This document shows, one piece after another, positions 10,659-21,500 of a stretch of DNA of 64,000 nucleotides. Numbering within the stretch: position 1 is the first letter of the stretch; every line of letters starts with the position of its first letter. A model generated the notes under the pieces. The model made no database searches. It saw only the letters and a program-made list of their open reading frames with translations, and was not told where the DNA came from. The stretch comes from a virus (Duplodnaviria; Caudoviricetes), in IMG/VR virus record IMGVR_UViG_2751185783_000001, positions 1 through 64,000 of that record. The stretch is one strand, 5' to 3'. Made by a program: the position numbers and the translations under genes.

Positions 10659-12132
10659 CAGCCCCGGAGATCGACCGACGTACCACGAAGTACAGCTTCT
10701 GCGGGCGCCCACCGTTGACGTTCGGCTCCCCGTCGACGCTCACCAGCTCGCCGGTCCGGACATGGTTCTCCAGCTTCCGGCGCGCCCGTTCGATGTCGTT
10801 GCGTTCGGTCCGGCCGTACAGCTGCTTCGCGGCCTGATGCGGGCTCAGGCCGTTCGGGCAACGCGACGCCATGAGGACCACGTCGGTGGACGCGTCACCC
10901 CGGTCGACTTCCGATCGTCCGGCCAGGTGGTCGTGGATGATGGCGAGCGGACCGACATCGTTACGGGCCTGCTTGACGTGGAGGAGGTCCACGACCGGGT
11001 CACCGGCCTCGCCCCACAGAACGATGACCGATCCGGCGCCGGACGGAATCCAGGTGGAGCCGTACACGTCTGACAGGGAATTCGGTTTCTTGCCCTGCTC
11101 GCCGCCGGACTTGCGCTGGTGATGCAGTTCCAGCACCTGCACACCGGAGCGGATCGCAAGCTGTCGTGCCCGGTTGTAGCCCGCGCCGACCTCGTCCTTG
11201 GAGAGACCAACAGCGGCATCCTTAATTGAGTCGACCATGATGGTGTCCGCCCCGGCAGCCCGGCACATCTCCACCATCAGCGACGGGTTCGCGGCGAAGT
11301 CGGCCGGCGGCGGACCCTGCCAGACGATGAGGCGCTCTTCGAGTACCTGCCGCCACTCCGGCCGGACGATCCGGGCCAGCGACCGGGCGGCCTGCTGTGG
11401 CCGGTCCATCGCCAGGTACAGCACCCGGCCCTCGCCGGGGGTGACCGGCCAGCCCAGCACTTCGGGGATGAGACCGAGCCGGGCCATCACGAGCTGCCCA
11501 CCGATGGTCGTTTTGCCGACGCCCTGCGGCCCGCAGATCATGAGGGCTTCGCCGGACACCCACAGCACGTCGTCGCCGGAGCCCCAGATCACCGGGACCT
11601 TGTCGGGCATGTCGAAGATGAACGACGCGCCGTTGCTGAGCTGGGATTTCCAGCCTGCGCCGCCTTCGTCGGGGCTCGCGGCGAGTTGCTGTTGCATCTG
11701 GTCGTAGGCGCGGGCGATCACGGCCCGGTCTCCGGTGCGGGCGGCTTCGGCGACCAGGGCGGCGCTCTGTTCGGTGCGGCGGGCGAACGCGCGTTCCTTG
11801 ACCTGCCGGGCGTACCACGTTGCGCTGGCTACGGTCGGTACCGCCGCTTGGCAGGTGTGGAGGTAGGGCACGCCGCCGACGCGCTGCAAGTCGCCGATCT
11901 TGTCGAGGGTGATGGCGACGGCGAGGGGATCGGTGGGTTCGTTGATCGCGGCGTTCGCGGCGATCGTGGAGTAGATGACCCCGTGTGCGACCTTGTAGAA
12001 GTCGGATGCCTGGAGGATCGGCAGTACTTCGGCCACGGCGTCCGGGCTGACCATGAGCGCGCCGATGACGACCTGCTCGATCCGTTCGGTGCTGACCTTC
12101 GAGTCCCCAGCGGGCACCAGTTCCAGGGTCAT
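10654..12132 (-). CDS. DnaB N-terminal domain fused to an AAA_25/RepA-like helicase
   Basis: EQVVIGALM...DFY..AH..IY (DnaB-N); Walker A GPQGVGKT; Walker B IMVDS; LHHQRK. Confidence 0.85.
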   Translation of the reverse strand: MTLELVPAGDSKVSTERIEQVVIGALMVSPDAVAEVLPILQASDFYKVAHGVIYSTIAANAAINEPTDPLAVAITLDKIGDLQRVGGVPYLHTCQAAVPTVASATWYARQVKERAFARRTEQSAALVAEAARTGDRAVIARAYDQMQQQLAASPDEGGAGWKSQLSNGASFIFDMPDKVPVIWGSGDDVLWVSGEALMICGPQGVGKTTIGGQLVMARLGLIPEVLGWPVTPGEGRVLYLAMDRPQQAARSLARIVRPEWRQVLEERLIVWQGPPPADFAANPSLMVEMCRAAGADTIMVDSIKDAAVGLSKDEVGAGYNRARQLAIRSGVQVLELHHQRKSGGEQGKKPNSLSDVYGSTWIPSGAGSVIVLWGEAGDPVVDLLHVKQARNDVGPLAIIHDHLAGRSEVDRGDASTDVVLMASRCPNGLSPHQAAKQLYGRTERNDIERARRKLENHVRTGELVSVDGEPNVNGGRPQKLYFVVRRSISGAA

Positions 12133-12288
12133 GGGCAGCCGCCAGAAGTGATCTTTCCGGCTGCGCACCTGATTGAGGACAGCACTGCATTACCGTGTTG
12201 CACGGGCGGAGGTACCTCTCCGTCAAGGGCCCGGGGCACAGGAACGCCAATTCCTGCCGGGCCCGCTCTATGTGGCTGGCCGGTCGGC

Positions 12289-12552
12289 TCAGCCTGCGGA
12301 CTTTCGTTTCGCGCGTCGGCGCTCTGCCTGGGCGGCCTTGAATGCCGCTAGCTCCTCGTCGGTCATCGCGTCCTGTCGGATGGATTCGCGGGTGCGGGAG
12401 AGTGCGTCGGCGATGGCGGTCTGGGCGACGCCGTCGGACAGTGCGGCCCGGACGGTTTCGCGGTAGCGCTCTTTGGCTTCGTTGAACGCCTGTTCGGCGG
12501 CGGTGCGGGCGGTCCAGGCGTCGATCACGTCATGCAAGTTGGTCACCTCCAC
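12289..12552 (-). CDS. Small HTH regulator
   Basis: VAQTAIADALSRTRESIRQ HTH; divergent from the + operon. Confidence 0.7.
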   Translation of the reverse strand: MEVTNLHDVIDAWTARTAAEQAFNEAKERYRETVRAALSDGVAQTAIADALSRTRESIRQDAMTDEELAAFKAAQAERRRAKRKSAG

Positions 12553-12600
12553 ATCATCGGCTAGTGGTCTTGGCCCATGCTATTGGGCTGATGCCAAGAA

Positions 12601-12659
12601 TGCTAGGCCAATGACGCTTGACAGGCAAGTCAAGTGGGCCTAATGTCATTGGCATAGCA
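12601..12659 (+). promoter_or_regulatory. Sigma70-type promoter TTGACA-N17-TAATGT inside an extended inverted repeat
   Basis: TTGACA 12618-23, TAATGT 12641-46; arms TGCTAGGCCAATGAC / GTCATTGGCATAGCA and CTTGAC / GTCAAG. Confidence 0.75.
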
Positions 12660-12716
12660 AGCCGGTCCGAACGGTGTTGGCGCACCGCACGGACCCCGAT
12701 CGGGAGGTACCCCGAC

Positions 12717-13610
12717 TTGAACAGCACCACGAGCACGCCCACCCCCGCCCAGCACCGCGCACTCACCGCCGCCGCGGACCTGGTCGCCACGTTCGGACGG
12801 AACGGCGGAACCGTCACCGCCCGCGCCGACGTGCTCCGCCGCATGACCGTCGCGGGCTGGGTGTCTGACCTGGGCGTCATCACCGACCACGGGCTGACCG
12901 CCGTCGGCCGCGCCAACCTCATCGCCCCGCCCGCTCCGGCCGCCGTGCCCGTGCAGCCCGAATACCGGGACGTGCACGCCCCCGACGGACGCCGGGTCCT
13001 GCACCTGCGCATCGACACCCACCACGACGGCATCACCGTCCTGGCCGTCGTCCCGTGGGACACCACCCTGGACCGGGACTTCCCCACCCGCGCCGAGGCC
13101 GACGCCTACCTCGCGTTCCTCACCGAGCAGGTCGAGGGTGGGGCACGGTTGTGGCTGATCGAGCAGCGGGCTGGCGCGTTCACCTCCGCAGCCGCGATCG
13201 TCGACCAGGCGGAGAAGCAGTTGGCCGCCGACATCAACGCCACCATGGACACGATCCCCGCCGAGTGGGCCGCGCAGACCGCCGCCGAGCAGGCCGCGAT
13301 TGCCGCCGACCGGCCCACCGAGACGTGGAACTCGTACCGGCAATCGTTGCGACCGGCCCGGCCCACCCGCACCAACGTGCACCGCAAGCCGCCCACTCCG
13401 GCGATGCTCGACCGGATGCGCCAGCACCGCGGCGGGGTCGTCACCTGCGGCGACGGCCAGTCGTGGCTGCTCCTCGACGGGATCGTGCAGCGCGGCTGCG
13501 CCGACCGCAACTCCATCGTCTACCGGCCCGGCACCCGCATCATCGCCTCCGTCCAGCTCAACGGGCGCGGCTGGAACGCGATCGGCCACAGTACGGCGGT
13601 GGCGGCATGA
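12717..13610 (+). CDS. Hypothetical phage protein
   Basis: TTG start after a GGAGG RBS; high GC3. Confidence 0.75.
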   Translation: MNSTTSTPTPAQHRALTAAADLVATFGRNGGTVTARADVLRRMTVAGWVSDLGVITDHGLTAVGRANLIAPPAPAAVPVQPEYRDVHAPDGRRVLHLRIDTHHDGITVLAVVPWDTTLDRDFPTRAEADAYLAFLTEQVEGGARLWLIEQRAGAFTSAAAIVDQAEKQLAADINATMDTIPAEWAAQTAAEQAAIAADRPTETWNSYRQSLRPARPTRTNVHRKPPTPAMLDRMRQHRGGVVTCGDGQSWLLLDGIVQRGCADRNSIVYRPGTRIIASVQLNGRGWNAIGHSTAVAA

Positions 13611-15869
13611 CCACCCGCAAGACCACTGCCGACCAGGTCCGCACCGGCGACACCATCACCGTCCCCTGGGGCACCAAGCTCACCCTCACCGTCGACTACC
13701 CGAGCTGGGGAACCTTCACCTCATCGCAGGGCTGGACCGCACCCGTCATCCGGTTCACCGGCGTCGACAGCCTCGGCCGGCACGTCACCGAGGGCTGGGC
13801 GCAGAAACCCCACGGGCCCGTCTACGTGGTCCAGGAGGCCCCGCTCAAGCAGGACGTTCCCGGGTCGCAGGTTTTCGGGGCGCTCGCCGCCGACGACCTG
13901 GACGACGTGGCGTGGCTTGACGGAGGGGACCTGCTGTGACCGTCCTCGACCGGCTCGTGGTCGGCGCCGAATTGCACATCACCGAGCCCGCCTCGTTCGC
14001 CGACCGCGACCTCACCGACTGGCGAACACTCGCCTGGCTGCCCGCCCGGCCCCTGTGGCCCGCGATGACTGCCGAGCGCGGCGGCATCTGCATCGGCCTG
14101 GCCGGCGGCGGCCACGCCTGGCTCGACCTGACCGCACCCCACGACCGCATCCACATCCGGGAGCCCCGATGACCAACACCCTGACCGTCACCACCCCCCA
14201 CTACCGCATCACCATCCACCCCTCCCGCGGAGCAATGCCCGGCCCGGCGCCGCGCGTCTTCGTCGACCAGGACGTCGCCGAGGGCCGCGACCCCGAACTC
14301 GCCGACCTCGGCGCCCGCGAACGGGCACTCGGCAACAACCGGAACTTGCGACGCGGCCTCCTGCCCGCCATCGACGACCTGTACGACCAGTACAACGCGG
14401 CAATCGGACGCGTGAAGACCGCCATCGCGCAGGAGACCCTCGTGTTCCTCGCCTCGGACGTCACCGGGGACGTGGATGCCGCCGTTGAGGGCGCCGTGTT
14501 CGACCGGAACGCCGGATGCCAGGCCTGCCCGTGCACCCCCGGTGTGACCGCCGGTGCCCGCCTGTCGTGGCGGGGCGAGCCGTTCTACGTGGACGTCACC
14601 AGCCACTGACTTTCCTCCGGGCGGGCCGGCGCATCCCCCCGACGCGCGGCCCGCCCACCCCAACACCCGATCGGAGCACCATGAAACAGCCCATCACCAG
14701 CCTGCCGAAGGACGCCCGGTTCCTCGGTTTCGACAGCACCACCCGGTACCGGGTCACCACACCCGCCGCCGAGCACCCGCTCGGCTGGGTGTACGTGTGG
14801 AACGAGTCCATGACCGACACCGAAGTAGCCGACGCCACACGCCGCAGTCACCGCGCCCACGGCCACGACCCGCGTGGAGGGGTCTTCGTCCGCCCGGTGC
14901 TGGTGGAGGTTCTGCCGTGACCTCCACCAGCATCCTCGGCACCCACCAGGTAGGCGGCGCCACCGTCGTCGTCGACCGGATCCGCACCTCCGGCGAATAC
15001 CGGGTCACCGTTGACGGCGAACGGTACGACGTGTTCCGCGGCAACCCGACCGACCCCGGCACCGACCCGGCAAAGTGGTACACCGAGATCGGCAAGAAGG
15101 TTGAGGGCCCGTTCGACACCGCCGAGGCCCTGATCACCGTCGTGTTCCTCTGCGAGGACGGCTACTGATGGCCGCCTACCTCCTCGGCATCCTCGCCTGC
15201 GCGTTCGGCCTGGGCGTCATCTTCGGCTCCGAACTGACCGCGGTCGCCTGCGCCATCTCCGGAACCCTCACCGTCGCCGCCGCGATCGTCGCCTGCGGCA
15301 GCCGGCCGGAGGATGCGCCGTGACCGCCCCGGCCGTACGTCTCGAAGGGCGCTGCGCACGCTGCCCCGGACGGATCGAATACCTCGGCGGTGTGTCCTGG
15401 CGGCACATCGGCCGACCCGGCGGAACCCCGCACGCAGCCGACCCGAACCAGGCCACCCGTGACAAGCTGAAGGAGGTGGCGGCGTGACCGGGAAGATCCA
15501 GCTCGACGCCGGCGGACAGTGGAAGGTCTACGACCGGAACCGCCTGGCCACCGCCATGCTGGTCCACCTCGATACGGGCAGCCGGGTCGCCACCGCGCAC
15601 ATCCTGCGCACCGTGCACGGATTCGACACCGACGCCGTTACCTACGCGGTGGCGGCGGCCCGGGCGATCGAGATCGGGATCGAGCCGTGAACCGGTACAA
15701 GTATCCGGTGGTGCGTGTCGGCCCAGCCGACATGGACGTGGTCGCCGAGCACCTCACCTATGCCGAAGCCGTTGCGGATGCGGCCCTGCGTGATGCGCAG
15801 GGTGAGCCGGGGGTGTGGCATCGGGCGGATGAGCCGGGCTGCACACCTGACTATGCGCGGACACGCTGA
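13607..15869 (+). other. Coupled small hypothetical genes (13607-13939, 13936-14172, 14169-14609, 14681-14920, 14917-15168, 15168-15323 TM, 15320-15487, 15484-15690, 15687-15869)
   Basis: Overlapping stop/start codons. Confidence 0.7.
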
Positions 15870-15899
15870 CTTGGTGTTGTGCACCATGGAGTGAAAGTT

Positions 15900-15936
15900 G
15901 TGTAGCGCGCTAGACGTGGCGTGTAGCGCGCTACAC
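15900..15936. promoter_or_regulatory. Tandem palindromic operators GTGTAGCGCGCTA(G/C)AC
   Basis: 15900-15915 and perfect palindrome 15921-15936, directly upstream of the HTH gene. Confidence 0.75.
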
Positions 15937-15944
15937 ACTTAGCC

Positions 15945-16148
15945 ATGACGAACGACGAGATCCGCGCCGCCATCAAAGCCGCCGAACTCGAAGCCAACCA
16001 CCACGCCGACCTCCACGACCAAGCCGTCGCCCGCCGCGACCAGCTCATCCGTGAAGCACTCAGCCAAAACGTGGCCGCCGAAGACATCGCCCAAGACATC
16101 GGCCGCAACCGGTCACGCATCTACCAAATCCGCGACAACCGCCGCTAG
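15945..16148 (+). CDS. Small HTH DNA-binding protein
   Basis: AAEDIAQDIGRNRSRIYQIRDNRR. Confidence 0.8.
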   Translation: MTNDEIRAAIKAAELEANHHADLHDQAVARRDQLIREALSQNVAAEDIAQDIGRNRSRIYQIRDNRR

Positions 16149-16157
16149 GAGACCACG

Positions 16158-16457
16158 ATGCCCACCCAAGTTCACGACCAGGCCACCGGCACGTTCCTCC
16201 TCGTCCAGCCCGGACAGGTCGTCACGTTCGTCCCCGCCAACCGCAGCATCGGCATCCACTCCGCCTCCCCGCACGGAAACCTGCCCCCACACCCGCACAA
16301 CTGCGAGTACGTCGACGGCGACGCCTACTGCGACGGGTCCTTCAGCGCCGGCAACAAGCTGCGCGAACTGTGGGAAAACTCCGGACACAACGACCAGATC
16401 ATCTGGGACGAACTGGCCATCTGGTTCGGGGCCAACTTCCCCGCCGTGCACCGCTGA
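16158..16457 (+). CDS. Hypothetical protein
   Basis: AGGAG RBS; IGIHS..P...C.Y....YCDGS motif. Confidence 0.75.
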   Translation: MPTQVHDQATGTFLLVQPGQVVTFVPANRSIGIHSASPHGNLPPHPHNCEYVDGDAYCDGSFSAGNKLRELWENSGHNDQIIWDELAIWFGANFPAVHR

Positions 16458-16779
16458 CCGTCCTGGCCGGGTGGCGTGGCTGCCCGGCCCAACCCGAGGA
16501 GACACCATGACCTACACCTACATCGGCGCCGACCGCAACGACCAGGACGACAACCCGGACCGCTGCTGCGACCAGTACGGCATCGGCAACCACGACCCCG
16601 TCAACTGCGAAACCGGCCCGGCGCCCGCAGTCAAGCACGTCATCACCGTTGACCCCGAACGCGACTCGGAAGGCAACTACACCCAGCGCTGACACAGCTG
16701 CAACAGACTGTTGCAAAAGACTTTCAAGCTTGCGAAAGCCGCCGCAGAGCACACGCTCGCGGCGGCTTCATCCTGTGGG

Positions 16780-17292
16780 CTAACTCGGCTCGTGAACCCG
16801 AGACCGAAGAAGACTCTGGAGTACCTCAACAGCCTCACTCGCACGCTTTATCACGTCGCGTGGCATCGCCTCGAGCGAGTCAATATCCTTCGCTGCCTCA
16901 CGGACCGAGGCATAGGAGTTTGCGACTCGCCACCAGGCAGCCAGAACATCCTCATCGAGGTAGAGCCTGATCCGCGCCGAGAGTCTCGCCGGGTGCAGCA
17001 GGTCCGACATCTGATCAGGGAGGGCATCCCGTTCTTCACTATCGAGGTCGATGTCAAGAATGAGAGTGAGGTTTTGGGAGAATTCCATCAGGTCCAAATA
17101 GACCTGAGCGCGAACGTCAGCCAGTTTGTCCTGACGCTGACGCGCCCACTCGGCATTCTGTCGTTCTTTCTGCCGTTCCCACTGTTCCCGGTCACGCCGG
17201 GAGGTGAACAGGTGCGTCATCCAGCCGCCTGCGAGGCCGCCGGCTACACCGATGCCGCCAGAAAGGACAGGGATCCACCAATCGGTTGCCAC
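16780..17292 (-). CDS. Lower-GC membrane-anchored protein (moron-like)
   Basis: N-terminal TM then helical domain; atypical codon usage. Confidence 0.65.
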   Translation of the reverse strand: MATDWWIPVLSGGIGVAGGLAGGWMTHLFTSRRDREQWERQKERQNAEWARQRQDKLADVRAQVYLDLMEFSQNLTLILDIDLDSEERDALPDQMSDLLHPARLSARIRLYLDEDVLAAWWRVANSYASVREAAKDIDSLEAMPRDVIKRASEAVEVLQSLLRSRVHEPS

Positions 17293-17511
17293 GGCAACAT
17301 CATGTCACCGCGAGCGGGCTTCATGTCCAGAAACGATCGCCACCGGTACCGAGACTCAGCGCGCCCTTGCCAGGGCCGTCACTGTCAGCTGGGTCGCGAC
17401 ATAAGAAGGCCGCTTCGCGAGCTGACCGGCCAGCAACGACGGCCCGATCCGGGGGAGTAGCCATCCGGCCGGGGGATCGACGCACGTTACGGCTATGTCC
17501 AGAGTGGCTCG

Positions 17512-17934
17512 ATGGCCAGCAAACAAAAGAGCCCACCAGCCTGGATCGCCATCGCTGTCCTTGTGTTGTGCTGCGGCGGCATCACCAACACGGTCTTCGG
17601 CGACGACGACAAGACGCCCGCCCCGGCGACTACCCGCACCCAGACTGCGTGGGATGCCGAGCAGCAGCGGGCCGAAGCGTCGGCCTCGGCCGCCGCAGAA
17701 GCCGCCGCCAACCTTGAGGACAGCCCGGAACCCGAACCGGAAGAAACCACCAGCAAGCCAAAGAAGACCCGCAACACCGACGACGAGCCGGACGACGACG
17801 AACCCGACAGCGTCTACTACGAGAACTGTGCCGCAGTCCGGGCTGCGGGCGCCGCTCCAATCCGCCGCGGCGATCCGGGATACGCGCGTCACCTGGACCG
17901 CGACGGGGACGGAGAAGGCTGCGGAGGCGACTGA
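17512..17934 (+). CDS. Excalibur calcium-binding domain membrane/secreted protein
   Basis: N-terminal TM; YYENCAAVRAAGAAPIRRGDPGYARHLDRDGDGEGC. Confidence 0.9.
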   Translation: MASKQKSPPAWIAIAVLVLCCGGITNTVFGDDDKTPAPATTRTQTAWDAEQQRAEASASAAAEAAANLEDSPEPEPEETTSKPKKTRNTDDEPDDDEPDSVYYENCAAVRAAGAAPIRRGDPGYARHLDRDGDGEGCGGD

Positions 17935-17948
17935 GCCGGAACAGCAGG

Positions 17949-17983
17949 AAGCCCCGCCCGCCGTGGAAGGCAAGCGGGGCTCT
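17949..17983. terminator. Putative terminator hairpin between convergent genes
   Basis: AGCCCCGC...GCGGGGCT stem. Confidence 0.5.
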
Positions 17984-17988
17984 GCAGA

Positions 17989-18465
17989 TCAGGCGAGGTC
18001 GGCCGGTGGCGTCCAACCCGGCGACGGCTCGCTGTCTGGGGCGGTGGTGTCCTTCGACGCGCCCATCGCCGACCGCAGCAGAATCCGGGAGCCGTCCGCG
18101 GCGAGCATCGATATGCCGGCCGGTGCGACACCGCGGGCGTCGGTCGGGCCGAGGTCACCGAACGCGACCAGCCGCCATTCTCGCAGGGCGTCCGGCCGTG
18201 CCGCGTCCAGCAGCTGCGCGGCGAGGACCGCGACCCGCTGCGACCCGTACTTCGGCGTCGGTAGGACGGTGGGCACGTCGATCGGGATCTCGCCTTTGCG
18301 CTGCTCACCGAACAGGTACATGTGGGCGCCACGCTGGTCGGCCAGGTCGATGCCCGCGGGGGACTGCTCGGTGCCCTGGCCGTACCGCTTCACCGATGCG
18401 ATGTCGGGGTGCCCGGCGGCGTTGAGCAGCCGTTCGAGGAGGTCGAGGGCATCGGTGAGGTTCAC
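17989..18465 (-). CDS. Hypothetical protein, probably leaderless
   Basis: TAGGGT-N7-GTG start. Confidence 0.65.
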   Translation of the reverse strand: MNLTDALDLLERLLNAAGHPDIASVKRYGQGTEQSPAGIDLADQRGAHMYLFGEQRKGEIPIDVPTVLPTPKYGSQRVAVLAAQLLDAARPDALREWRLVAFGDLGPTDARGVAPAGISMLAADGSRILLRSAMGASKDTTAPDSEPSPGWTPPADLA

Positions 18466-18509
18466 GGCCTGCACCCTACCGGAACGATCATGGACGGGGT
18501 GGGGAACCA

Positions 18510-21500
18510 TTAGAACCCGGCCCGGAACTCGGCCCGCACCCGATCATGCACCGGTGTCGGCTCCGCAGACGGCTCATGCAACTTCCGGTGCTGCACCTCC
18601 GCGGCCCGCAGCATCTGACCCAGCGTGTACCGCAGGTGGGCGTCAGCCACATCCACCTCAACCTGACAATGCCGGTCGCACGGATAGTCGACGAAAAACG
18701 ACGGCTGCGGGACGGTCATGACTCCGCCTCGACGGCCCGGCACGACAGGCGCACGATCTCGCCACGACCCGCCTCGATGTCACCGGCGAACCCGTCCGGC
18801 GACTGCATCTCGAACATGCCCCGAGTGCCCTGCACCATCACCGGGGCCGTGCCGTCCGTCCGGAGCCAGCCGTAGTAAACGCCGTCCGCATCCTCGACCA
18901 GCTCCACGGCCACCGGTTCTATGCCGCAGAACCGGACCGTGCGTTCGTCGCCGAACCGGTGGAACGGGCGGCTCTCCATGCGGTTGCGGCCGGCGAACAT
19001 GCGCCACGAGCGGGTCATCGCACACCCACCCGGACCTCGGCCACCCCACACGCAACGAGCAAACCGACGGCCACGACAACCATCACCGCAACCAGGCCAG
19101 ACAAGGTCAGCGCAGGCACCAAAGCCCGGCCCAACAACCGCCACACCCTCACCACGGCGACCCGCCGTAGTGGGCCAGCAGCACACCCATCTCCACATCC
19201 ACCGGCACCGTCCTCGAGGACGACACCACCCGCACCGGCCGGTCCCCGTCACGCCACGGCATCGGGTACGCGTACACGGCCGGCGCGCCCATCATGCGGG
19301 CCACACGCATCTCCGCCATGACCGGGCCGCCCGGCACCGGGCCGCCGAACGTCCGCGGGTCGAACCAGATGCCAAGCTCCTTCATCGCCCGCCCCGCATC
19401 GCCCTTGCTCGCCGCGACAACCCACAGGCGGGTCTGCGGGGACGGCAAAGCGATCGGGGCGGGCAGGGAGGCGTTCCAGACCGTGTACAGATTCAGGCCG
19501 GTCACGGCCACCACCGTTCGCCATCCGTGCGGAAGCCGCCCGGATTTGCCTTGCCGAGCACCGTGTAGTCCTGGGTCGACTTCCAACCCGTCTCACCACG
19601 ATCGTCGGCGGTCCGCCCGCAGCACGGGGCACGCCACACCGAACAATCCGTGTACCGGCCGGTCACTTCTACCGTGCCGAGGTCGTAAATCCCGCCGCAG
19701 GTGCAACGGACCGGCTTGAACATGTCCGCGATCGCGAGCTGCTCGATGAGCTGTTCTTCTCGTCGGAGGTTGTCGCTCATGATGCGTTCTCCTTCTCAAG
19801 CTGGGCGAGCGCGTCGTTGCGGGCACAGACCATCGCCACCCACAGCTGGTCCTCGGCCTCGAGGTCACGCGGCGCCTCGGCCAACAGCAGCTCCGTGTGC
19901 TCGACCGCTGCCGCCACGAACACGGACCACGGGGAAGACGACACGGTCACAACCTCATCTCCGACCAGCCGGTCACCGACACCCACTGATTCCGCGGCAG
20001 ACGGTTCCGCTGCTGCTGCGATTCGGTGATCTGGTCCGACAGCTGAGAAACGTCGTTTATTGAGGTAGGCGGGCTCATGGTCCAATCAATGGCGCCGGCG
20101 CCCATAGCAGAACCGTCACGGCTGTCGATGACTGTGTACGACACCAAGAAGTAGCCCATCACGCCTCCAGCACGGTTGCCGTGAGCCGGGCGCCTGCCCG
20201 CAGCAGTTCGGCCCGCTGCGACATCAGCCGCGACCGCTCATCCTCAAGGAGCTGCCCCCAGCCTTGCGGGTCCGCCATGCGCTCCTCCACGGCAGCCAAG
20301 TCGGCGACGACCCGGGCCAGACGCTCCGACTCCGGGGTGGCCTCGCCGGCCGTGGTGGCGGGCAGGTCGGTGACAGTCATCGGTCAGTCCTCCATCAGGC
20401 CGTAAACGACCAGGGCCAGGGCGTCATAGGCGCCGGGAATCTCACAGGTCTGCCCCGTCCAGCCGCCCGCCGTACGGAACAGCGCCATCAGCTGGACGAC
20501 GTCCAGGCCGACGTGCAGTTCGGTGTCGCCACGATCCGACCGGACCACCAAGACGCGGCTGGTCTCGTCGACACCCACGGCCCGATTCAGCGCGGGCAGG
20601 AACGGGGCGTCGAGCACTGCGGTGATACCGCTGACCTCGTGGTCGTCGTCGAGGCTGATGGTGGAAATGCGGAACGGCTTCATCGGGTAGCCGCCTCGTC
20701 GGCGAACCGGATCCGCTGCCAGTTCCGATACGAGATCTCCAGGTCCCCGGCCTCGAAGTCGGCCAGCATGGATGCGCAGTCGGCCTCCGAGTAGGTGCCG
20801 TCGCCGTACCCCCAGCCGATCAGGTTGCACGGGCCGCGCAGCCCGTTACGCCAGTCGAGGACCGTGTAGAAGACGTCACCTTCCAGCTCGTCCGGGTGCT
20901 CGTCCTCCCACTGCTCATCGAGGTGGGCCTGACGGTCGGCGCCGGTGACCGGGCGGGTGAGGGCGGCGAAGTTCGGGGTGACCGCCTTGACCGTCCACGG
21001 GTTCGAGTCGGTATCGAGCGGGGTGGTGTCACCGACGGAGAAGGGGCGGGGCGGCATGGCCCAGCGGCCGTCGGTCGGGGGACGAAGGTTCATGGTCAGT
21101 TCTCCTCGGTCAGGGCGGTCAGGATTTCGTCGTAGAAGGCGGCACCGGGATCGCCGTCGTCCTGCTGCTCACGCCAGGTCTGCCACGCATTGAGCACGTC
21201 ACCGGCCCGGCTGCTCCGGCTGCGGTGCTTCTCCAACGCCCGCACTGCCGCGGCGTAGGCGTCGGCAGTGGGCGTGCACCGGTGCGGGCTGTACTCAGGG
21301 ATATGGAGGTCGCTCACCGGACGACCTCCGCGTCCAGGCCGAACTCGGCGACGATCAGCTCCGCCAGCACGCCGGCACCCAGCTGCTTGTCCGGGTTCGT
21401 ACGCACCACGAACTCGACCACGTCCGAAACGTTCAGCTCGGCGGCGCCGTAGAACACGACCAGCCGCTCCGCCAGCACCGCACCGAGACCAGTTGCCGTC

